In this document: positions 12,647 through 19,479 of the stretch, piece after piece
Layout: each line of letters begins with the position of its first letter
Numbering within the stretch: position 1 is the stretch's first letter
Assembly: GCA_016207565.1 (NCBI GenBank)
Contig: JACQPK010000125.1
Coordinates: 1-40,737, forward strand
DNA from: Elusimicrobiota bacterium
GTDB taxonomy: Bacteria; Elusimicrobiota; Elusimicrobia; UBA1565; JACRDR01
DNA: 40,737 bases
Reading direction: 5' to 3'
The notes under the pieces: generated by a model
What the model saw: the letters and a program-made list of their open reading frames with translations, nothing else
Database searches by the model: none
What the model was told of the DNA's origin: nothing
Program-made: the position numbers and the translations under genes

Positions 12647-14059
12647 TCAGTAGCCGTCGGTGCAGGGATTGCAGTTCGATCCCCCGCGGCAGCGGTCGCA
12701 GGTATCGTCGCAACGTCCGTTGCTGGCCGCGCAGACCATCTGGTCTTCCCCGTTGGGGCCGCACATAGCGGAGATCCAGTCGGTGCACTCGCTCCCGGGT
12801 TCGCCGCAGTCGCACCGGTCGCCCTCGTCTCCGCCGTTGTTGGGATTGTTGTTGCCTCCGGGCGTCGGGCTCGGGCTGGACTGGCCGACGACGGTCGCCC
12901 AGTTTCCGCACTCGGCCGGCGGCGATGCGGGCCACTGCGCGGTGCAGAGGCGCGTCTTCACGTCGTCGGGCACCGTGCACCATTGAGTCTTCGGGGGCGT
13001 GCGGCACTCGCCGAGGCAGACGAGTTCGGCGTTGCCGCGGGCCTCCAGGCACGAGTTCCAGCCGGCCTTCTGGCTGCACTTGCCGCCGGACGCCGAGCAG
13101 GCCGCGGCGCACTTATCGAAGCTCTGGAGCTCCCAGCAGGCGCCCCACAGGCCGTATGGGTCGATCGCGTTGTACATGCTCAGGCGCTCGGCGGGATCGA
13201 GGAAGTCGCACAGCCACTTGAAGTTCTCCGGCGCGCAGAAGACCGCCATCGGATCGCTGTCGGCCGCGGTGAGCGGAGCGAGCGTCGGGTTCACGCCGTG
13301 CGAGTTCGGCCCGGCGAGCAGGCTCGACGGCCCGGCGTCGGCCTGCGCTCCGGCCTCGCCGCCGGGAGCGCCGTATGCCGTGGAGGCGCCCCCGGAGGCC
13401 GCGAACGGGCCCCGGCCGCCGCGCAGGCCCCCGATCGAGGCCAGCGAGCCCGCGGCGGAAGGGCCGCGGTGAAACCCGAGCCGCAGCCCGCGCGCGAGCC
13501 GGCGGATCCTCGCGACCAGCGGGTTGTCGACCGGCTTTTTTTCGTCGCGCCTCCAGAAGCGGCCGAGGGCGGGAGACTGATACAGCGGCAGCAAGGCGGT
13601 GGTGCTCGCGTCCGCGGCGAAGAATTTGGCCTGAAGACGCTGGAACGCCGGGAGCTTGCCCAAGCGGTCCAGAAACTCCGTCATCGTCCGCCGCGGGCTC
13701 AGGCGCTCGGCGGCGGCGAACTCGTCGTAGACGAGCTTGAGCTCCGGCTCGGCCATGAACTCCTTCTTGAACTGCTTCGCGAGCTCCTTGTTCTCCGGCC
13801 TGGAGGCCTCGACGCCGAGAATGTCCAGCATGTCCCCGAAAGTGACGTCCTCTTCCGCTTCGGGCCCGGGCTCCCGCGCGAAGAGCCGGTCGTCGGAGCC
13901 GGACGGCTCGCCGCGGCCGCCGGGGAGGCCGGGCCGCGGGAGGAAGGCTCGGGAAGACTCGGTGCCGCGTCCGCCCCCGGCCACGAAGAGGGCGCCCAGC
14001 CCGAGCCCGAGCGCCGCGGCGAGAAGCCCGATCGCGGCGTACGTTCGGCGGCGGTCCAT
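12647..14059 (-). CDS. Membrane-anchored Cys-rich exported protein, paralog 1 (unknown family)
   Basis: ORF track, 470 aa. There is an N-terminal TM anchor (AAIGLLAAALGLGLGALFVA) and a conserved module (FGDMLDILGVEASRPENKELAKQFKKEF...). The C-terminus has 22 Cys by my count (GLWGACWELQSFDKCAAAC...). Confidence 0.85.
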   Translation of the reverse strand: MDRRRTYAAIGLLAAALGLGLGALFVAGGGRGTESSRAFLPRPGLPGGRGEPSGSDDRLFAREPGPEAEEDVTFGDMLDILGVEASRPENKELAKQFKKEFMAEPELKLVYDEFAAAERLSPRRTMTEFLDRLGKLPAFQRLQAKFFAADASTTALLPLYQSPALGRFWRRDEKKPVDNPLVARIRRLARGLRLGFHRGPSAAGSLASIGGLRGGRGPFAASGGASTAYGAPGGEAGAQADAGPSSLLAGPNSHGVNPTLAPLTAADSDPMAVFCAPENFKWLCDFLDPAERLSMYNAIDPYGLWGACWELQSFDKCAAACSASGGKCSQKAGWNSCLEARGNAELVCLGECRTPPKTQWCTVPDDVKTRLCTAQWPASPPAECGNWATVVGQSSPSPTPGGNNNPNNGGDEGDRCDCGEPGSECTDWISAMCGPNGEDQMVCAASNGRCDDTCDRCRGGSNCNPCTDGY

Positions 14060-14066
14060 CCCGTCC

Positions 14067-14095
14067 AGTATGTCCTAGGCGGCGGACCGGGTCAA
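14067..14095 (-). promoter_or_regulatory. Family promoter TTGACC-17-CATACT, leaderless
   Basis: On the minus strand, TTGACC is at 14095..14090 and CATACT at 14072..14067. ATG 14059 lies 7 nt downstream. Confidence 0.6.
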
Positions 14096-14532
14096 GGCGC
14101 GGGCTCGGCCGGCTTGAGGAAGCGCTCGCCCAGCAGCGTCATCCGCCGCCGGTTGCGGCCGAAGTCCCAGATGCCGACTCGCGACGAGGAGCGGAAGTGG
14201 ATGACCGGCTCGTACATCGGGAAGTAGAACTCCACATCGTTGACCATCCGGAGGACCGGGCTGCGGAACTCCGCGTGCAGGTAGTCGACGCCCCCATGGT
14301 AGATCGTGACGCGCGGCCAGTCGCGCAGGATCACCTCGAGCCGGCTCTTGGCCTCGTGGCGGGAGCCCGCGTAGCGCCAGGGGGGCATGTGCCGGCCCGG
14401 CCGGGGGTCCAGCGTCGAGACGCAGTTGGGGTTGTTGCCGCATTTTCCGCCGTCGCGGATGGAAAAGCGCGTGAGCGCCTTGGGAGCCGCAAAAACCGTT
14501 GAAAAAGCTAGAAAAATCGCGACCGAGCGCAC
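14092..14532 (-). CDS. DUF1499 domain protein (secreted)
   Basis: Motifs are GKCGNNPNCVSTL, YLHAEFRSPVLRMVNDVEFYF and FRSSSRVGIWDFGRNRRRM. The GTG start has TGC-TAGCCT 6 nt upstream. Confidence 0.7.
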   Translation of the reverse strand: MRSVAIFLAFSTVFAAPKALTRFSIRDGGKCGNNPNCVSTLDPRPGRHMPPWRYAGSRHEAKSRLEVILRDWPRVTIYHGGVDYLHAEFRSPVLRMVNDVEFYFPMYEPVIHFRSSSRVGIWDFGRNRRRMTLLGERFLKPAEPAP

Positions 14533-14614
14533 CGGATTAGGCTAGCAGGCGGCGGGCGGCCTGTCCAGCCCTAGGCCCCTTGGTCGCTTCCGGAGAGGCC
14601 CTTTAGCCCTGGGT

Positions 14615-14628
14615 CTCCGTCGACGGAG
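14615..14628. promoter_or_regulatory. Perfect 14-bp palindrome CTCCGTCGACGGAG upstream of NPW paralog 3
   Basis: It lies 17 nt upstream of ATG 14645 and overlaps the only SD-like run (GGAGGGGG, 14625..14632). Confidence 0.35.
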
Positions 14629-14644
14629 GGGGCACGCTGAAGGC

Positions 14645-15184
14645 ATGAGACTCGCGGCCCTTCTGGTCCTCGCCGGGTTCGCTCCGGCGGCCGGCGCGGT
14701 CGAGAACCCCTGGTTTCTCCACGTGCGGCGGAGCTACCGGGACTCGAGCGTCGCGATGAACTACCAGGTGCGCTGGGACTTCTCCGATCTCAAGCGCTCT
14801 CCGCGGGAGCTCGCCGTGAGCCTCGCGGCGCCGCTCAAGACCCTCGACTCCGGCCTGCGCGGGATGCTCCATTCGACGCGGCTGGACCTCTACGGCGTGC
14901 GCGTGCGCCCGTTCCGCGATTTCGTGCGCGTCGAGCCGCCCGCGGAGGAGCCCGCCCCGAGTTCGGGGGCGACGGAGCCGGCGGCCAAGCCGCGTCGGCG
15001 CATCGACATCGATCCCCTGCTCGACGACGCGCGCCGGGACGCCCGTCGTGAGGCGAAGCGGTTCGTCATCACGATGATCTTCGACGCGGCGCTGCCTCAG
15101 GCTCGCGGGGCCCCGTGGTGGCAGAAAGAGGCGGCCGCCGAGGACTTGGTCGCGTTGACGCGGGCTTGGGGCTCCGAGTTCTGA
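14645..15184 (+). CDS. Small secreted protein, 'NPW' paralog 3
   Basis: The signal peptide is MRLAALLVLAGFAPAAGA. Family motifs are NPW, MNYQVRWDFSDLK, LDLYGVRVRPFRD, DARREAK, IFDAALP, WQKEAAAEDLV. Confidence 0.8.
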   Translation: MRLAALLVLAGFAPAAGAVENPWFLHVRRSYRDSSVAMNYQVRWDFSDLKRSPRELAVSLAAPLKTLDSGLRGMLHSTRLDLYGVRVRPFRDFVRVEPPAEEPAPSSGATEPAAKPRRRIDIDPLLDDARRDARREAKRFVITMIFDAALPQARGAPWWQKEAAAEDLVALTRAWGSEF

Positions 15185-15885
15185 GCCTCGACGTGGACCG
15201 GCAGGCTGAAGAAGAACGACGCCCCCTTTCCCAGCGCGCTCTCCGCCCACATCTCGCCGCCTTGCAGCTCGACCAGCGACCGCGAGAGCGCCAAGCCGAG
15301 ACCTGAGCCTTCGGCCCGGCGGTCTTCGGGACCGGCCTGGACGAAGTAGCGGAACAGTCGCGCGAGATCCTGGGGCGCGATGCCGGGCCCGCTGTCTTTC
15401 ACGCAGACGAGGGTGTTCCCGGCGCGGTCGCGCCGTCCGGGCTCGAGGCTCACCTCCACCGTGCCGCCGTCCGGCGTGAACTTGATCGCGTTCGAGACGA
15501 GGTTGAGGAGCACCTGCGAGGTGCGGCGCGGGTCGGCGTATACCTTCCCGCACGAGACCGAGGCCTTGAGCGAGAGGTGGATGCCTTTGCGGCGCGCCCA
15601 GGGGAGAAGGCTCTCCACCGAGGCGCGGGCGAGCTCCGCCGGGTCGCAGGCGACCGGAGACAGACGCAGCGTGCCGTTCTGGATCTTCGATAGGTCCAGG
15701 ATCTCGTTGATCAAGGTCTTCAGCCGGTCGGCGTTGCCTAGGGCGAGCTCGATGAGCTTCGCTCCCTCGGGCGCGGCGAGGCCGCCGTCGCGGAGCAGCT
15801 CGAGCGCGCAGATGATCGACGTCAGCGGCGTGCGCAGCTCGTGGGTCAGGTAGGCGGTCTTCTTCTCCTCGGCGCTCTTTTCCAT
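15097..15885 (-). CDS. Soluble histidine kinase consisting only of DHp + catalytic domains (no sensor, no TM)
   Basis: The H-box YLTHELRTPLTSI begins at residue 12. The N-box is LLNLVSNAIKFT, G1 is DSGPGI and G2 is GSGLGLALS. The last 88 nt overlap the 3' end of 14645..15184. Confidence 0.85.
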   Translation of the reverse strand: MEKSAEEKKTAYLTHELRTPLTSIICALELLRDGGLAAPEGAKLIELALGNADRLKTLINEILDLSKIQNGTLRLSPVACDPAELARASVESLLPWARRKGIHLSLKASVSCGKVYADPRRTSQVLLNLVSNAIKFTPDGGTVEVSLEPGRRDRAGNTLVCVKDSGPGIAPQDLARLFRYFVQAGPEDRRAEGSGLGLALSRSLVELQGGEMWAESALGKGASFFFSLPVHVEAQNSEPQARVNATKSSAAASFCHHGAPRA

Positions 15886-15986
15886 GGCGCTCGCAGGATA
15901 GCCCGCGGCGGGCCCCGCAACACGAAGAATTCACGAAGCGGGCATTGTGATATTGAGCACAGGGGCGAAATGGTAAAAAGGGCGCG

Positions 15987-17336
15987 ATGCCCCCCTGGCG
16001 GGTCGCGGCGGCGCTCGGGTTCGTCACGCTGGCGGCCTTCTGGCCGGCGCTCGGCGTCGGTTTCTTGCACCTGGACGATCACGCCAACATCCTCGCCAAC
16101 CCCGCGGTGCGGCAAGGGCTCGGCGTTTCCGGGCTCTCGTGGGCGTTTACGACGTTCCGGGGCCAGATCTGGAACCCGCTCCTGTGGCTGTCCTATATGT
16201 TGGACGTCGAGCTCTACGGCTTGGAGCCCCGGGGCTTCCACTTCACCAGCGTGCTTCTCCACGCGGTCGCCGCCGCGGCGCTATTTGAGGCGCTCCGCCG
16301 GATGACGGGGCGGCTCTGGGAGAGCGCGGCGGCGGCCGCCGCCTTCGCGCTGCACCCGACGCGCGTCGAGTCCGTGGCCTGGCTCGCGCAGCGCTACGAC
16401 GTCCTCTACGCGCTCTTCTCGTTCGCGGCGATCGGAGTCTACGCGCGCTGGGTGCGGCGTCCGTCGCTTCGGGTCTACTCGGCGCTGGCCGCGGTCTACG
16501 CGCTCGCGCTCATGTCGAAGGGCCTGGCGGTGACGCTGCCCGCGCTGCTCCTGATCCTCGACTATTGGCCGCTGGGGCGCCTCTCGTGGAGGAACGCCGG
16601 CGACCGAATCCGCGAGAAGCTGCCTCTCGTCGCGATGGCGGTCGCGGCCGCGGCGCTCGTCCTGCGGGCGCGGGGAGAGCTTCTGGCCTCGGCGCCGGTC
16701 GAGCCCGCCTGGACCCGGCTCGCGGCGGTCCCCGCCTACCTGCTCGCCTATCTCCGCAACGGCCTCGCGCCGTGGCTGCTCCCGACCTGTTTCCAGGCGG
16801 ATTCGACCTTCTCCGCGGCTTTCTTGTTCGCGTGCGCGTGGGCGTTCGCGGCGCTCATGTGGGCGGCGTGGCGCGCACGACTCGCGGCGCCGTATGTCCT
16901 GGCGGGTTGGCTGTGGTTCGCGTGCGCGCTCGGGCCCGTCAGCGGGCTGGCGTTTCCCTCGGGAATGGCGTCCCGTTACCTGTACGTCCCGCTGGTGGGG
17001 CTCGCGTTCGCCGGCGCCTGGGGTGGCGCCGAGCTCCTCCGGAGGCGCAGGGTCCCGGCGGGGGCCACGGCGGCGGCGTGCGCGCTTCTCCTGGCCGGGG
17101 GCTTCGCGCTGACGCGTCGCGAGCTGTCGTTTTGGCAGGACCACCGGACGCTGTACTCGCGCTGGCTCGGGATCGCCCCGGGCAACCGCCTCCTCCACAA
17201 CATCCTGGGCGTAGTCCACGCCGAGCGCGGCGAGCTCGGCCCCGCGGAGCGGCACTTCCGCGAGGCGCTGCGCCTGTCGCCGGACTACGATGACGCGCGG
17301 AGGAACCTGGAAAGGCTCCTGTATGGTAGTAGATGA
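15987..17336 (+). CDS. TMTC/PMT-like membrane glycosyltransferase-family protein with C-terminal TPR
   Basis: It has many TM helices and the motif FALHPTRVESVAWLAQRYDVLYALF, typical of TMTC-like proteins. A C-terminal TPR is present (AERHFREALRLSPDYDDARRNLERL). TGG-TAAAAA lies 7 nt upstream of the ATG. Confidence 0.75.
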   Translation: MPPWRVAAALGFVTLAAFWPALGVGFLHLDDHANILANPAVRQGLGVSGLSWAFTTFRGQIWNPLLWLSYMLDVELYGLEPRGFHFTSVLLHAVAAAALFEALRRMTGRLWESAAAAAAFALHPTRVESVAWLAQRYDVLYALFSFAAIGVYARWVRRPSLRVYSALAAVYALALMSKGLAVTLPALLLILDYWPLGRLSWRNAGDRIREKLPLVAMAVAAAALVLRARGELLASAPVEPAWTRLAAVPAYLLAYLRNGLAPWLLPTCFQADSTFSAAFLFACAWAFAALMWAAWRARLAAPYVLAGWLWFACALGPVSGLAFPSGMASRYLYVPLVGLAFAGAWGGAELLRRRRVPAGATAAACALLLAGGFALTRRELSFWQDHRTLYSRWLGIAPGNRLLHNILGVVHAERGELGPAERHFREALRLSPDYDDARRNLERLLYGSR

Positions 17337-17397
17337 TCCGTGTCGCGCTGCGTTTGCCCTTCCTGATCCTGCCTGAGGCCTCGCCTTTTAGTCAAGC

Positions 17398-17428
17398 AAG
17401 TAAAGTGGGGACTGTCCCCAATTTACTT
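17398..17428. repeat. Palindromic repeat, copy 3 (one arm mismatch), between convergent genes
   Basis: The sequence is AAGTAAAGTGGGGAC-T-GTCCCCAATTTACTT. The TAA stop of 17423..18217 lies in its right arm. Confidence 0.85.
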
Positions 17429-18217
17429 ACTCGAACAACGCAGCGTGCCGTCGGTCTCGGCGGCGGCGAGCTCGCCCCGGAGCGCGATGATCGCATCGTC
17501 GAAGTCGCCGTCGCCGTTGCTTTCGAGGTCCTCGAAGGAGACCTTCCACGCGTCGACGCCGGTCGGCGTCACCAGGGCGTGCACCTGGCGGTCGGAGTTG
17601 CGGGCGCCGGGACCCGAACGCCAGGCGCCGCCGTCGCCTTCGATGCGGAGCTGGAGCTCCGCGCCGTAGGGGAGCGGACCGAGGTCGATCGGGTTCCTCC
17701 CGTTCGCGCCCGCCGTCGTGCCCAAGAACACGCTCCCCGCGTAGACGCGGTGGTCGGACCCGGCGAAGCTCCTCAGGATGGTCGCGTAGACGTGGCGGTT
17801 CGAGCCTCTTCCTAAGAGCCGCGCGCCGCGCAGACGCTTGCCGGCCTGGATCGGCGAGCACCGGGCGTCACGGAGATCGAACGGCCGGAGCTCGGCGTCC
17901 TCGCTCGGGACGGGCCTAGGCGCCCGGTGGGGCACCGGCGGCGCGGGGGCGGGGGCCGGCGCCTCGACCGCGACGGGGGCCGGCGGCTGAGCCGCGGGCG
18001 GCGAAGAGGGAGAGAGTCCCTTCAGGAGTATCCCCGCCGCCAGCCCGATCGCGGCGGCGATCAGGACGGGAGAAGGGCCGGCGGCCTTCGGCCGCCGCGG
18101 GGACAAGCCCTCGTGCAATGGAGGAGCGGCCCGGGCCGTCCCGGGCGCCGCCTCGGCTCGCGGCTGGAGCTGCGGCTCCATGCCGGGAGTATAGCCCCGG
18201 CTCCGGGGCTCCGCCAT
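17423..18217 (-). CDS. Single-pass membrane protein with Pro-rich linker and C-terminal DUF4114-like domain
   Basis: The TM segment is PVLIAAAIGLAAGILL. The C-terminal AWKVSFEDLESNGDGDFDDAIIAL resembles the DUF4114 signature. TAACAT lies 7 nt upstream of the ATG. Confidence 0.65.
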   Translation of the reverse strand: MAEPRSRGYTPGMEPQLQPRAEAAPGTARAAPPLHEGLSPRRPKAAGPSPVLIAAAIGLAAGILLKGLSPSSPPAAQPPAPVAVEAPAPAPAPPVPHRAPRPVPSEDAELRPFDLRDARCSPIQAGKRLRGARLLGRGSNRHVYATILRSFAGSDHRVYAGSVFLGTTAGANGRNPIDLGPLPYGAELQLRIEGDGGAWRSGPGARNSDRQVHALVTPTGVDAWKVSFEDLESNGDGDFDDAIIALRGELAAAETDGTLRCSSK

Positions 18218-18238
18218 CTCCGGGATGTTACGCGGCGG

Positions 18239-18886
18239 CTAGCCGCCGAGCGCTTGGAGCTCATCGGACTCGACGATGCGGGCGCCTCGGTCATCCGCGG
18301 CGGCGAGCGTCAGCATCGCGCGCGCGACGACGGAGGCCTCGATCGGACGCCAGCGGCGGAGCGGGCCGACGAGAAGAAGGGCGAGAAGTGGAGCGAGCGC
18401 CCGGCCCACCGCCTCCGCGGGCCGCGGCTCGGCGCGCGGGCCCAGCAAAAGCGACGGCCTCAGGATCGAGACCGCCTCAAACGGCAGAACCGCCACGGCG
18501 CGCTCCGCCTCGCCTTTGACGCGAGGGTAGAGGAAGCGCGAGGCGGCGTCCGCGCCCGAGGAGGAGACGAGCAAAAAGCGCGCCGCGCCGCGATCCGCCG
18601 CGGCTCGCGCCAGCGCGAGCACGAGGCCGTAGTCGACGGCGCGGAAAGCCTCGGCCGAGCCCGCCTTGCGGTAGGTCGTGCCCAGCGCGCAGAAGACGTG
18701 GCCTCCGGCCAGATCGAGCGGGAGCGGCGCCGCGAGCTCCGCCGGGAGCGCCGAGAGCTTGGGGTGGGGGGGCAGCGCGCGCCGGGCCGGAGCGTACACC
18801 CTAGAATACGCCGGAGACTCGAGGAGCAGCCGGAGGCACTCGCCGCCGACGAGGCCGGTCGCCCCGGCGAGGAGCGCCGCCGGCAT
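18239..18886 (-). CDS. NAD(P)H-binding (atypical SDR / HTATIP2-like) protein
   Basis: ATG 18886 overlaps the stop of the thermonuclease gene. The Rossmann motif is LLAGATGLVGGECL. Confidence 0.75.
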   Translation of the reverse strand: MPAALLAGATGLVGGECLRLLLESPAYSRVYAPARRALPPHPKLSALPAELAAPLPLDLAGGHVFCALGTTYRKAGSAEAFRAVDYGLVLALARAAADRGAARFLLVSSSGADAASRFLYPRVKGEAERAVAVLPFEAVSILRPSLLLGPRAEPRPAEAVGRALAPLLALLLVGPLRRWRPIEASVVARAMLTLAAADDRGARIVESDELQALGG

Positions 18887-19410
18887 CAGCTCGCCGGCAC
18901 GCGCTTCTTGGAACGCCGGAACATCGAGGGCATGATCGGGTCCTTGTCGACCCAAAGCCCGCGCCGCGCAGCCTGGGCCTCCTCCTGCGCCTCGCGGAGA
19001 CTCGCGCGGTCCGCCGCGTAGCGCTCGTACCACCAGGCGTAGCCGGCCTTCACCATCGCCAGGCCGACGTCGAGCTCGCCGACCGTGAGCTCGGCGACCC
19101 AGCGTCCGTACCGGTCGATGTCCCGGACGACGACGCGGACCGTCTTATGGTGCACGAGCGCGCCTAGGTGCTTGCGCGACTGGATGCTGTGGTCCTGGTA
19201 GCGCTCCGGGGCGTCGATGCCGAACAGCCGGATCCTCCGCGGGGCGCCGTCGAGGAGAACGTCGACCGTGTCGCCGTCGTGGACGCGGACGACGCGCGCC
19301 TCGAACGGGGCCGGGACGTCCGGGGCGCTCGGGGCCTTCGGTCGGGCCCCGGCGGAGCCGGGAGGCAGGAGCGCCAGCGCGGCGAGAATCGCCGGCAAGG
19401 GGACGCGCAC
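18886..19410 (-). CDS. Secreted thermonuclease (staphylococcal nuclease family)
   Basis: A signal peptide is present. Motifs are VVRVHDGDTVDVLL, IRLFGIDAPE and GRWVAEL. The start codon is GTG. Confidence 0.85.
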   Translation of the reverse strand: MRVPLPAILAALALLPPGSAGARPKAPSAPDVPAPFEARVVRVHDGDTVDVLLDGAPRRIRLFGIDAPERYQDHSIQSRKHLGALVHHKTVRVVVRDIDRYGRWVAELTVGELDVGLAMVKAGYAWWYERYAADRASLREAQEEAQAARRGLWVDKDPIMPSMFRRSKKRVPAS

Positions 19411-19479
19411 CCTCGTAGCATCGCCCCTCCGGGTTGCGAATTCAAGGCCCGCGTCCGGCCTTCGGCGGACAGAGCGGAC

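Noticed and set aside
19452-19469. The hairpin GTCCGGCCTTCGGCGGAC after the hybrid kinase stop as a possible terminator.
   Set aside because: The stem is only about 7 bp, has a bulge and has no U-tract. It is too weak to call.
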